A stretch of 64,000 nt of DNA, taken from assembly GCA_025201805.1 (NCBI GenBank), contig MU619375.1, positions 22,880 through 86,879 on the forward strand, given 5' to 3'. Under the pieces are notes generated by a model, which saw only the letters and a list, made by a program, of their open reading frames with translations, did not search any database and had not been told where the DNA came from. This stretch comes from Parasitella parasitica NRRL 2501. Its lineage: Eukaryota; Fungi; Mucoromycota. Positions 11,801 to 24,477 of the stretch are shown here, in pieces. The position numbers and the translations under genes are program-made. The first letter of the stretch is position 1; each line of letters opens with the position of its first letter.

Positions 11801-13229
11801 ATCTTGGACGACCAAAAGCCAGAAGATCAATCGCTCATGTTTCTGGCGCCATCTTCGTCAAACATCTCCTTCAGTTGGCAGCAAGGTCGGTTCATCGGTG
11901 CTGGTACCTTTGGTTCGGTTTACTTGGCGATTAATCTGGATACGTCAACTGTCATGGCTGTCAAAGAAATCCGATTTCCCGATTCCAGCTCTCTTTCTGC
12001 ATTGCACAAGTCTATCAAAGAAGAAATGTCCGTCATGGAGATGCTTCAGCATAGAAATATCGTGCAATATTATGGCATGGTAAGGGGATATACAGAAGCT
12101 TGGGTTTGATATTAATTTCGATCTAGGAAGTGCATCGTGATCGTGTCTACATCTTTATGGAGTACTGTGAAAATGGTAGTTTGGGCGCTCTTTTGGATCA
12201 TGGCGGACGCATTGAGGACGAAGTCTACATTGTTGACTATGCTTATCAGCTACTGAGTGGTTTGGCTTACTTGCATGGAAATAATGTTGTGCATCGTGAT
12301 ATTAAACCTGACAGTAAGGATTATTTGTCTGGTATAACAGTAGGGCTGTAACTAAATTTCTCCTTTTCAATACAGATATTTTAATTGATTATCAGGGGCA
12401 ACTGAAATTGACTGATTTCGGCGCATCGAAGATTTTGGTCAAGGGACAAAAAACGATGGGACGTGCAACCATGAACATGCATGTGGGTAGTTTGGCAGGC
12501 ACCCCGATGTACATGGTAAGTAATTTGTGGTTTAATTTGGTAACTGTAATGTTAAATCATTATCAAAAATAGGCCCCTGAAGTGATTACAGGCAGCGATA
12601 ATGGTCGTAAAGGTTCTATGGACATTTGGTCTTTAGGTTGCTGTATTGTCCAGATGGCTACGGGTCGTCGTCCATGGAGTACATTAGAAAACGAGTGGTC
12701 TGTCATGTATCATGTCGTCACGGGCCATCCTCCGCTCCCAGATGCCTCACAATTATCTAGCCCTGGTATTGATTTTCTAAAGAAATGCTTTGTGCGTGAT
12801 CCCAACAAAAGACCTTCTGCTGAGGAACTACTGAATCATCCATGGATTACAAGCTATCTTGAAAGCTACAGCGAAGAGGCTCAATTGCCTTTATCACAAG
12901 AAGGAGACAATGGCGATGTTTTAGCAGCAGGCCACCATTGGGGTGATGAGGGTCAAAACCGTTCAGTGAATGGTGATGAAATGCCACCGATAATAAGATC
13001 CATAGGCTCTACTCATTCTATAGAGCGACCGCTTGTAAGAAGTATTCCCAACAGCTTAGCTATAGATGGTATGGTTCGAAGCATTCCAAACAGTTTAGCC
13101 ATTGATGGCATGGCAGCTAGCTTGGAAAATGGAGCTCAAGCCCAAGCCTATTTCCAAAACATTGCGGCACAACATGCTAAGGATTCTCAATGGGATCTCA
13201 GCTCGTCTGCCAACAATAATAATTCATAG
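8851..13229 (+). CDS. SSK2: Ssk2/Ssk22/Wis4-type MAP kinase kinase kinase (HOG pathway), 6 exons
   Basis: N-terminal ERLEWQQMLQSVLLGEVIKSEKKRL (Ssk2/MEKK4 region); kinase motifs WQQGRFIGAGTFGSVY, MAVKEI, HRDIKPDN, DFG, GTPMYMAPE, DIWSLGC. Confidence 0.93.
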
Positions 13230-13479
13230 TATAAAACATCCCTTCTTTTTTTATTATTATTATTACTAGTGCAAAAACATATCCCCTCCTTTCATCATTT
13301 TACATATATATTACATACAATAAATCATGAAACACCTTTGTTTTTTTTTCATTCCCTATATGTGTTGTTTACTTCAATTTGATCAGTACGAAGCTGATAT
13401 TCAACAAATTGAAACTTGAATTTTTTGCAGCGCCAAAAGCACCATTGCGTATTCATTGCGTAAAGCCATCCCACAGCGA

Positions 13480-13920
13480 GTAGAAAATTTGGGTGCGATA
13501 TGAAATGGATTCACGTAAGGTATAGCAAATTAATGTGATTTGTTACTCAAATACACACAAAATCACAGCTTTTTTCTAATTACTCTGGGTAGAAACATCA
13601 TATTTACACGAAACTGTACAGAGGAGTAGAGGTAATGTATGTGAGTACTGCATAGAATTTTGGTGGTATATGGACTTGATTTACATAAGGTATGGCAATT
13701 AATGTACTTTTCAACACCCAAAATGGCCGCTTTTTGCTGCTTACTCTGGATAAAAACATCACACTTGCACAGATGAGTAGAGGAGTGGAGTTAATGCGAG
13801 CAAGCACAGCAAATAATTTTGGTGAGATATGAACTTGACTCAGGTATGTTATATATGATAATATATTATTTGGCATTTTAGAAAAGAAGAATCACTATTA
13901 TCCTGTGATTACTCTAGAGC
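13480..13920. repeat. Degenerate tandem repeat, unit about 160-170 bp, about 2.7 copies
   Basis: A unit beginning AATTT(T)GGTG..ATATG recurs at 13486, 13656 and 13815; TTACTCT(G/A)G recurs in all three copies and GAGGAGT(A/G)GAG in the first two. Confidence 0.75.
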
Positions 13921-14468
13921 ATAACTTGGTTTCCACTGGGTGATGTCTCTCCAAAGTTATGTGGAAAAGCAGTTCCTCATTTGTGTATTGCTGAATATGA
14001 AGACATAAGGTATGAACCATTATTCTCGATCATCCTTAATCGGAAAATCAGATATCAACCCAGTATAGACTCGCCTGGGGACTAAAATACTATCAGATCA
14101 TGGAATTTATTTTAGCATGGATAGATAACCATTTAATGACAATGAAAGGTGTCATTCAATTGCAGTTATTATGAACAAAAACAGTTTTGATTTTCATAAT
14201 TGCTTTTGCTGGAGACGACTTTATCTGAGCAGGACAATGTGTCCAGGAGAAAGATGCAATTGCGGCAATGTCAGGAATGGGCAGTGGATATTATGCTTGG
14301 CTCCTGTTGAAAGTCTGCTTAGATGCAGGCATATACTACAGCGCAGACTTTGAATTTTCTTCCGTCTTTATCCAAGTCTTCTTAACAATGCTAAGCTGTA
14401 TACGGTATTTACAATTTGGATATATATAAATAAATAGAAATAACAACCATGTTTATATTATATTATTG

Positions 14469-16270
14469 TCATCTAGAGATTAAAAATAAGTTTTCGTAAA
14501 AAGTCAATCCAGTAGGGCCATCATCACGACAAATAAGTCCCATTTTCTCTGCTACGTTTAACTGCTCAATAGCAACAGCAAGTGCCAAGTTTTCAATTTC
14601 TGCCAATTGAAGTGCTGTTAAGCCTCCTTCCTGTTCCTTGACATGTCTCAGTACTCGAGAAGCAGCTCTACTATCATCCATATGAATTGATTGAATTACT
14701 AGCAATCCGCTGGGAAACCTTCTAAGGTTAAAGGGTAGCTTGAGCTGCTCAAATTGCTGGCTTGCTTTGTATAAATCTTCAGGGGAAATCAGAGCTAGAT
14801 GAAGTTTGAAAAAAACAAAAAAATTCGAGGATGTCTTTCACACAAATAAAAGTAGCCTACCTGTGCCTCTTGCTCGATTAAACAGGCAATATACATCTGT
14901 TAAAGACTTCATGTCGTCTTCCTTTTGAAAAAACTTTGCAAGAAAGTCTGCTAATTCTCGAGACAATTCTTGATGGTATATAGAGCCAGCCGAATCTCTT
15001 GGTCAATACAAATTGTGTTAACAAAGAAAAAGATTTTTAAGCAAGTTTCGAGCTTACTTTGTTACAGGAGACGCGATACCAAGGTTCAACAAATGCGTAC
15101 GAAGTGCTGATAATTCGTTGTCCCCGTTAGTAGGATCTTTGCTGACTTTGCTGGATATGGACTCTGCCAGCTTCACCATCTCTGTAGCCTTCGTCATTAG
15201 CCTATCTAAGTCTTGGAAAGCATCTATCATTGTCTCATTCGTCTCTAATGTTGTTTTTTGAATACGGTCTTCAATAGCACCTAAAATTTGTATCTAATTT
15301 TAGAAATCAGATTATAACATCAACACAAATAGGCTTACTTATACCAACACCACGTTTTGTAGATGTTGCAGGCTCTGTAGTTGGAGTGGATATCTAAGAA
15401 GCGCATTTCATCAATATAGGATATCTAAATATCAATTCCTATGTCTTTACTTTTTCCCATTGCTTTGTAGTCAAGGCCGCTCTCAAGTTGCTCAAAAAAC
15501 TTGACTGTCCGCCCTTTCGAAATGACAAACGTACTTGTTTTGAGGCAGATGATGCTGAATTGTTGTTTGTAGAGCTGGAAGAGCTTGAGCTGGTAGTGGT
15601 TGCAGGAATAATTTCTCGAGGTAGATCAGCTCCGCACATTTCGCATTGATTCAAACTTGGATGATTAATAAATGTACAGACAGAACATGCACTACTGTCA
15701 GTTACAGTATTCGTATTCGGCGTATTCATATTAGGAGATGAGATGTCCGTTTGCTTGCGAACTCCACATAATTCACACGTCTCTGACGAAGCTTTATTCG
15801 AGAAAAAACAGATTGGACAAGCCCAGACGCTAGTATTCAAGTTATTACTCAGGCTTGTTGAAGATCCTATTCGAAGTGGTGATTCTGCTGTTGCTGCTGC
15901 ATGATCGACATTGATAAGGATCTTTGGTGAGGATCTTAGAAACCCACTCTACAAAATGAAACAATTAATGATGGCCACAAGTAGTCCTGACGGACGTAGC
16001 TTACATAGCTCTCGACATCTTTAACAAGATCCAAGCCTAACTCGACCGAGAATTCTAAAGGATTTTTATTGTCGACATATATTATGCGATGAGATGTTAA
16101 ATAGCACACGCCATCTGGATATTGGTCTAGCTTATGCTTGCTGGTTTTTTTTTTTTTTTTTTTTACCCTTCGTAAAGTCCAATATTGCCTTGTTGAATAA
16201 GCAGTGATTCATTAGATACTAATTCAGGTCTTTTGGCAGAAGATAATATCGTGCTCTTGAAATATTCCAT
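14469..16270 (-). CDS. VPS36: ESCRT-II subunit Vps36 (split GLUE domain, two NZF fingers, winged helices), 7 exons
   Basis: GLYEG|[23 protein letters not shown]; NZF fingers [15 protein letters not shown] and [19 protein letters not shown]; LSFRKGG; C-terminal [19 protein letters not shown]. Confidence 0.93.
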
Positions 16271-17680
16271 TTAATAGAGAAAGAAGTCTATGTTTCACAC
16301 AAATAATCTTTATCTAAGCGCGCTACTCGTAAAAAAAGAGCTCCTGCTTCATATTGTTTGCTTTCGACTGCTTCAATTCCCGCCATAAATATTCACTCAT
16401 CAACGGAACCACATGGGGCACCCTTCTTTTGATGATTATCCAAGTACACAACGAGAATAAAGGGCAGCGGGATTATGCCAAAACTAGCTGGAATTGCTTT
16501 TGTCAAAGTCTTGCTTCCCTTTATCTGTCTACCATTTTCCATTTGATTTTGTTAATCTCGAATAGATAAAATCGAAGAAATAATTGTTGAGTCTAGTAGA
16601 GTGTTAAACAATGACATGCGAAATATTAAAAATAGACGGAAGAGAAACGCAAATACCAATACAATCGACATTGATTGCTATGCCGTTACAGTATACTTCC
16701 GTTCCCAGTTCCGAAAATGTAAAACATGAATAAAGTTTTACCGTGTGATGGCACTTGTGCGTTAGAGTCAACATCCCACATATTATCAGTTACGCTTCTA
16801 TGCGTAATTGTACCTGCTGAATGTAGACTTAAAAAATCCTTCTGTCCTGCGATATTGAATTTCAGGCATTTTCAACATGCTATCCAAGCCGAGAACATGA
16901 TGAGAGTACTAGAATTTTACAAAATGGAGTGCACCTCTCATACTCAGCTTTTTGGCTGGTACAAATAATGGGGAGGCTATTGAAGGCGAAAACATAGCAG
17001 ATTGACAGTGAACACCTCAGTAAACTTAGAGGACCCATTTATGAACGTTGATATCTAGCTTCGAATGAAAAGGAAGAGACTATAAACTTGTTCTTTCTCA
17101 AAAGGTTCTCAACTGAACGGTTTCAAAGATCATTGAGTATTTATAAAATTCTTATCTAGTATTCCATAATGTCTTTTCTAAATGCTAAAATAAAGAGAGT
17201 TATAACTGCTTTGGCCAAAATCTGGTAAATATTTTCGAAAGACTGGGCAACTTTGGTTCAAAACTTTGACCAAACTAGTCTCCTTTTTTGGGCAATTTTA
17301 CCTCACTAGACATTGTGATGTTTTCAAACATTCGATAGATTGAGGCTGGAAGCACAGTACCTTGCTTCTCAGGTTATTAAATTACATAAAATAAGGTTGC
17401 CCTGGAAAGCAATATTTTACTGATGATTCTAGTTGATGATATGAATAGATTTAATAAAATTACATGTATTTATAAAGGGGCCAAAATGACAATCAAAATA
17501 AACAATCTATAAAAGACTTAAAATCGAACAACAATGAATTGAACGTGTTTTCGGATGTTGATATAAAACCAAAGCATTTTACCTGGTTTATCGGTTTTCA
17601 TTCTCTCTCTAGATATAATATTCCTCCATTACACTCGTTTCCGTTCATTACACTCATTTTTATTATTTATTCATAATCCA

Positions 17681-18664
17681 ATGCCCAAGGTTGAAGCTAG
17701 CAAGAAAACATTTAGCGATAAAAAATCGAAAATCCCTCGTCCATTGAACAGTTTCATGATCTTCCGAATGGAGCACCAAGCTAATGTGGGCATGGAATAT
17801 CCAGGTGCTACCCATCAAGAAATTTCAAAAAAGCTTTCAAAAAAATGGAAAGAACTCGATCCCGAAGAAAAGAAGATGTATACAGATAAAGCTACCGCTG
17901 CTAAAGAAGAACATAAATTATTGTAAGCGTATAAACCCTGCAACGAAACCAACATGCATAAACTAATGTTGCTTAGATACCCTGATTACAAATACTGTCC
18001 TCGTAGGAGAGATGGTCCTCCTAAAGGAACCAAGAAACCATGCACAACCAAATCCAGTGCGGAAAGAAACCAATATAAAGCAGCTTTTCAGTTTAAACAG
18101 CATTCGTTCGGTTTCGTGAATAAAGCAGAAACCATGATTGACACTGCCGCCACCCTCTTTCCATTGCCAGTTGCTAACGCCACTATCGACCAAAGGAACT
18201 ACCAAAATGACCCAACTCTGTTTGGTGGCTCTTGTTTCGACTCCACGCTACTCCATCCAGCAATAAATGAGCCTTTCTGTCAAGACCCGTCGTCATCTCC
18301 CTCCACATTCTCGATGATGTCTCAACTCAGCCGATTCTCTCCCTCACTTTCAATCGAGAATGAGCCCTCTGTTCATCCTTATCACTGTGGACAATCATCC
18401 AATGACTATCTGCCCTCACTTTACGAATACGATTTCAATACTGGGTGTCAGCAAATCGAGCCAGCGATGAGTTTCGGAGGTTACAATGCACTCGATCCTG
18501 AATTTTATATACCCTCTCAAATCTCATACCGCCCCCCACCCAAGATTTTGAGCCATACCCAGCATGCCGAAGAGAGCATTAGCCAATTGAACGACTTTTC
18601 TTCATCGTTCAAAGCTCCCGGTGCTCCACTTTTGACTCAACCTTTTGTTTATATGGGTTTTTAA
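17681..18664 (+). CDS. MATA/SOX-type single HMG-box transcription factor (intron 17923-17976)
   Basis: KIPRPLNSFMIFRMEH...EISKKLSKKWKELDPEEKKMY...KEEHKLL|YPDYKYCPRRR followed by a P/S-rich C-terminal region. Confidence 0.9.
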
Positions 18665-18918
18665 GCTTGCCATAATATGACTAGAAAGCTCTACTCTCCT
18701 TTTTGCAATAAATAAAATGTCTTGTTTTTTTGTTTGACACAATTAAACACATGTGTGGTTCGATCTGCAATCAGATAAAATAGGATACGCTCATTGTGCG
18801 TTTGCAAGTCAGTGTTTCATGTTGAAAGTTCTCGCAACAGAGGAGCTGCATTTTTTTTTTCTTTTTTTTTTCTCTCTCTCTCTCACATTTCCACTAGAAC
18901 CTTGTGCTAATTACAAAA

Positions 18919-20367
18919 ATGAAGGTAATTTATCTCCAAAAGCGCCTATCATGGTTATGTATTGACAGACGAATGTATATACTACATGCTAGTTGATCAG
19001 CAAATCGTTAGAAAAAGATACCTCGGGTTTCATCACCCTGCTTCCCGAAGAGCTGGAAGATATGTGGCATGTTTATAACCTGATATCCAAAGACGACCTG
19101 CTCAAAGCAACCACTATCCGGTAAGCATATCATCTATCTATCAATTCATGATTGTTTTAACAGCTGTTGCATAGCCGTTTGCAGTCAGAAAGCTCCACAG
19201 GCTCTGTTTCAAGCCAGCGAGTTCGTCTCAACCTGACAATCACTATAGAAAGCGTCGATTTTGATCCTGCTGTTGGCCTTCTACGCATTAACGGTAAAGT
19301 AGCTAGCGAGAATCAATACGTCAAGGTATGTTATTTGCAAGAGGGTTGCCATGCTCGATTAGTAATGATTTATGGTGTGTTAGATGGGTAGCTACCACAC
19401 AATCGACCTAGAGTTGAATCGGAATTTCACCCTTTTCAAGCCTGAGTGGGACACAATTGCGCTTGAACGTGTTCAAGATGCTTGCGATATCACTAAACAG
19501 GCAGATGTGGCCGCAGTCGTCTGTCAAGAGGGTTTGGCCAATATTTGTTTCTTGACGCAACATATGACAATTGTTCGCCAACGCATTGAAAGTCCTATCC
19601 CGAGAAAGCGAAAGGGTTCCGTAACAAACCATGACAAAGGCCTTATTCGATTTTACGAGCAGATTTACCAAGGAATCCTTCGCCATGTCCACTTTGATAT
19701 TGTAAAGGCTATCATCATTGCCAGTCCTGGTTTTGTTAAAGACCAATTGTATGCTTACATCATTGACCAAGCAGTGGTATGTTGTATAATATATGCGAAC
19801 TTGCAACGTGCGTATACTGATCTCCAACGTGTGAACCCGCTGTATAGAAAACTGAAAACAAAGTCGTCATGGAAAACAAGTCGAAATTCGTACTGATACA
19901 TTGCTCAAGTGGACATAAGCACGCATTGGTCGAAATCATGCAGGATCCCTCAGTGCAGGCCAAATTATCAGACACAAAGGCTGCTCGTGAAGTGCAGGCA
20001 CTAGAAAAGTTCTATGAAATGATGAATATGGATCCTGATAGAGCATTCTATGGATATGGAGATGTCGCAAAGGCCAACAATAGAGGAGCAATTGGGACAC
20101 TGTTAGTGACTGATGAGCTCTTTAGATCAGCGGATATCTCCACCCGCAAAAAGTATGTGTCGTTGGTGGAACAAGTGAGGGCACAGCATGGCAATGTATT
20201 TGTATTTTCTAGCATGCATCCTTCTGGAGAACGTAAGTGTAATACTACTTTGTGTTGGCATTCGAGTTATTCATTGTTTTCCCCAACTAGAATTAAATCA
20301 ATTAACTGGTGTAGCTGCTATTTTGAACTTTCCTCTTCCTGACATCGAAGACATGGAGGACGAATAA
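18919..20367 (+). CDS. DOM34: Dom34/Pelota ribosome rescue factor
   Basis: MK|LISKSLEKDTSGFITLLPEELEDMWHVYNLI, MGSYHTIDLELNRNF, IASPGFVKD, LLVTDELFRS, FSSMHPSGE|LNQLTGVAAILNFPLP. Confidence 0.96.
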
Positions 20368-20553
20368 ATTAAAAAAAAAAAAAAAAAAAAAAAGAGACAG
20401 ATACTGTATCTACCATAGACTTTTACATACACATAGACATAACAAAACATAAGTGAAATTACAATATATTTACAATGTTTTACTTCTATAATTTTTTTTA
20501 GGGGGGGGGTCTTTTTTTCCTATCTATGTTGATTTTTATGGTTTTTTTTTTCT

Positions 20554-21955
20554 TTACATATTCACGTCTTCGCCAAATAATGCAGCAGCAGCTTGGGCCA
20601 CCACAGCCTGGGCAGCAGCTTGAGCAGCAGCATAATTCATGGCTAGAATACCATCAATAGCTGCTAGTATGTCTGCCTCCCACCATCCCATTTCATAATC
20701 CACTAAACCAAACCGTTCCAGCTTATCCGCACAAGAAACAACCATTTCTCTCAAGCCGTATAAATGCTGATCTGTCAATCGTTCAGCGTCACTACTAGGC
20801 TCATGTCGTTGAGCAAGTGCGTACAACCAGCAATTGTTAAGTCCAGCCCAAAATTGTTCTCTATCAATGGCATTGTAAGGGTGATCATCCGATGTCAAAC
20901 CTACAAAAAAAGAATTATAACAAGTTGATATGGATATTTCTACACGAAATTCAGTTTTCTCAAGATTTACCTAATTGCTCGCAGTGATCTACCACAGCGC
21001 TTGTGGCCTTACTAAGCGTTTGAAATCCACTCACCATATTTCGTTGTTCCACATGGTCTAACGTATTCTTTAACTGCTTCTGAATTTCTTCAAATGTTGT
21101 GATGGGTGTAGGTGTGGGTGTGGGTGCGGGTGCTGTGAGTGATGCAATTGTGGTTGTGGGCGCAGGTGGTGTAGCCACAGGAGGTGTAGAGGTAGTTGCT
21201 TGGGATGGCGGTGCCTGTGAGGGTTGTGTCGATGTCGGCGCTTCTGACTGAGCTGTTGTAGTCTTTGTGGCAGTGATTGCTGTCCGTGTAGTAGATCCAT
21301 TCCCAACTTCATTTTGTGCAGAAATTTCAGTTGACGCTTTTGCAGGTTGAACATTTGCTGTTTGCATTGAAGACCCTGCTTGCGTAGGAGTTGTTCCGAT
21401 GCTTTGTATAGCAGTATTTTCCGCATTATTTAAGGCAACAGTATTTGATGTTGATGAAGCCACATCTTTTGTGATTGAAGGACTAGTGTTTGGTGTTGAA
21501 GTTGCAGCTGATGTAGGCTCTGAGGCAGTATTAGGAGTAATTAATGAAGGGTGAGGTTCGGATTGTAAGGGGGATTGTTGAGATGGTGGAGATTGTTGCT
21601 GCTGTTGCTGTTGCAATGATGGTGCTTGTTGTTGTGGTTCAGCGGATACATCCGATGACCGTAACGATGGCGACACTGATGGCTCAACCGGGGTATCATC
21701 CTTCAGTGCTTGGGCTTCAACGGCTTCCAATTTTACTGAGCGAGCATTTTTATCTTTAGACTCGTTACAGTTCGATGTTGCTTCGGCCATGGCATTGTCT
21801 TGCTTCATCTTCATTCTATTGGAGCAAGATAGATGTGGAGCCAGGGCCCCAATCTGACTTTCCTGCTTAACTAATTGAATGGGTACGGAATCTTGGGTGT
21901 CATTAGTTGCTTTTTCTACGGTTTTCGGTACAGGAAGAGTTGATTCTTCAGCCAT
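20554..21955 (-). CDS. Protein with long S/T/P/Q disordered N-terminus and a conserved-looking fungal C-terminal helical domain (intron 20901-20970)
   Basis: Spliced C-terminus CEQLG|LTSDD...REQFWAGLNNCWLYAL...LREMVVSCADKLERFGLVDYEMGWWEADIL. Confidence 0.8.
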
Positions 21956-23555
21956 AATTGAATAAAAACTAGAGTGATTGCAGAAAGGTTTGATTGCTTT
22001 ATCGTTGATATTATTAGATTGATATTAAAACAAAAGAGTGGGGTGATGATTTGGTTTAAAAAAACACAATTAGCTTAACAGTGTTTCTCTTTGAGTCTGT
22101 CTCAAGAGCTACAGAGTAAGATTGATCCTTGAAATTGCTTTTTTTTAATATAAAAAAAAAGAAGAGAAAAGGGCAAATGGGCAAAAGAATTGAGACGAAA
22201 AGAAAGATTGATGCTGGGGGTAAGGGTCAAAGTTACCTGGCAAATTGTTTTTCGCGGTATTCTAATACAATGGTATCACTTACCCTAATCAGATCTAGTT
22301 CAGCATGGATGTTCAACTTCATGCCCTTGTCATAATCTCTGATCTTGTTGTGGTTTAGAATAATGGGCAATCGAGCATAACTTTGATATATATATATATG
22401 TTAAGCTTATAGTTGTATTACTGATATTATAGGTAATGTACAAGGGAGGTTGAAACAACTGGCCAATTCAATTACACGAAATCGTTTCTTCCCTGGCCCC
22501 CTGAATACCAATGCAGTACCTGTCAAAAACAGCTTGCAGACTTATTATATTCAAAAGTAATAGAGATACCATAGACATTATAGCTGTGGTTATTGATGTA
22601 TTCATAATACCAACTAGTGGAATTTATGAAGAAAAGTATAATCGGTTTGTGTTCTCATTTCAAATAAATTTATCCATTAATGCATATTTTAATGTTCAGG
22701 CTGTGAGGTTATCTGCTGATCAAAGTAAAAGTGTGACATTTGTAGTAGACTTTGAGAAACGAGAGTATTAGAATATTGATATAAGAAAAACTAGTGTAAT
22801 ATAATTACCCTTCTAATTGTCGTTGCATCTGCTGAGATCTTTGTTCCAAAATCACGCCAAGAATATGACTATTTGCATCATCTTTCTATTTGCGCAAAAT
22901 GATGTGATATGACAACTACTAGTTTCTCAATGAAAGCTGTTTATTCCAAAGGCTTGGATTATGTATCAAATGTTTTATTGCTTTATTTTGGTTCGAAAAG
23001 TTGGTAAATTCATATGGGTTTCTATGTTTAACAACTCTTTGTGAGAAATGTGTAGTTACGACATTAATCTATGGGAGAAACAGTTGATAAACCTTCGACT
23101 TGGGTCCTCGCACCTATCGAAAATTGCAAATACTCTTAATTTTGAGGCGATGTATGCTCCCACAATCATTAAATATATCCAATATCCCAAATTCAAGAGT
23201 AAATTTACACACACGGCTTTAATTTGAAATGAAATAGATTTTTCCAACTGTGGGCGAACATCTACAAAACTTTCAAATGCTCCTTTTTTTTCAACAGATA
23301 ATGGTTTTTTGAACAAATTGACTCATGGATTATAAGACAAATTATTTTTATACGTGGTTCGCAAACAACGAGGGATAGACTTAAGAAACTGTGGTGTACC
23401 TTCATTTAGGTATTCTAAGGCTAAAAAGCACTTTTTTCAATGGGAAACCTTATAACATAATCATTCCGTTGATTGGTGTGATAAATAAGGGTCAACAGGT
23501 GCATTTCATTTTGTACTTGTTGGTTGACATGATAAAAGGTGTTTATTTTTAATAT

Positions 23556-23630
23556 ACGAACTGGTTAGCTTGCCCACTCTGGTGATTTCTACGGTAAAAA
23601 ATTGACCTTCGTTTACGTGGGGTCCATTTC
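23556..23630 (-). mobile_element. Helitron-type 3' terminal remnant
   Basis: The reverse complement (ATGGACCCCACGTAAACGAAGGTC...AGAAATCACCAGAGTGGGC...GTTCGT) matches the sequence that follows the Helitron helicase at 30845-30922. Confidence 0.65.
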
Positions 23631-23687
23631 GCCTTGCGAGGCTGCCAGTCTCCAAATTTAAATGAAATTTTTCTGCTTTCAAATGTA

Positions 23688-23920
23688 TGTGGTCTCCAAA
23701 AAATTCCATAGTTAGCACTTAGTTGCTGTGGCAACCGTTTCTGATCGAAACCCAATAAATGCGGGTATTACCGGTTAAAAATCTATAAAAAAAAATATAG
23801 AAGGAATCATGGAATGTCTTGAATTTTAGTGTTGTATCCATAGAATAAACATAATTACCATAATATTTCAATTCAGTTGTCATGGTAACTGTTCCTGATC
23901 GGATCTAAGGCTAAATGTCG
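23688..23920 (+). mobile_element. Two 5' fragments (23688-23750, 23830-23920) of the LTR-like family seen at 62.4-63.8 kb
   Basis: TGTGGTCTCCAAAAAATTCCATAGTTAGCACT and TGTTGTATCCATAG...CAGTTGTCATGGTAACTGTTCCTGATCGGATCTAAGG align with the reverse complement of 63270-63795. Confidence 0.65.
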
Positions 23921-24477
23921 CCGTATATTCTTTTCTATAGCAAACCATGTAACATCGACTACAGACCAATGAATTCATTATTAAATATACTAAACTTTAG
24001 GGTGGCGTAAAACATGATGATGATATTTCTTGGGTTCATAGGGCAAGCATCGTGGGTTCTTCTTCTATGACCTTCTCTCCCCAATATGTATATCTAGCAA
24101 CTATTTGATCTAAGGATTATTTATTAATGTGTCTTTATTTGACAAATTAAAAACTCTTTCAAGATGACAGTAATGTGTTCTGCTTTCTGCCTCGCCTTGA
24201 ATGTTTACTATTGTCTAAAGCAGATGTGACCGATCGCGGCTTTTTATACAAGGAGTGATTTTTGCTTTTTAAGCCCTGAGACTGCAAGCTATCTTGCTAA
24301 CTTTTAACTTATCAACTCCCTAATCATCTTACAAAAGTCAGATATAAAGAAAAGAAGTTATTGCTTCTGTATTCTTCTACAAGTAAATAAAAGACTATTT
24401 TATGTATGTATATATTCACAAAGCGAAAGGTAAACAAATATTGGTACAAGATTGATGAAAGCACAGAGACGCGGACT

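Noticed and set aside
17681-18664. Calling the HMG gene sexM or sexP
   Set aside because: No tptA, rnhA, algA or glrA neighbours in the window, and it carries an intron; phylogeny is needed.
22400-23500. Possible decayed coding or TE sequence
   Set aside because: No recognisable family motif in the frames examined.
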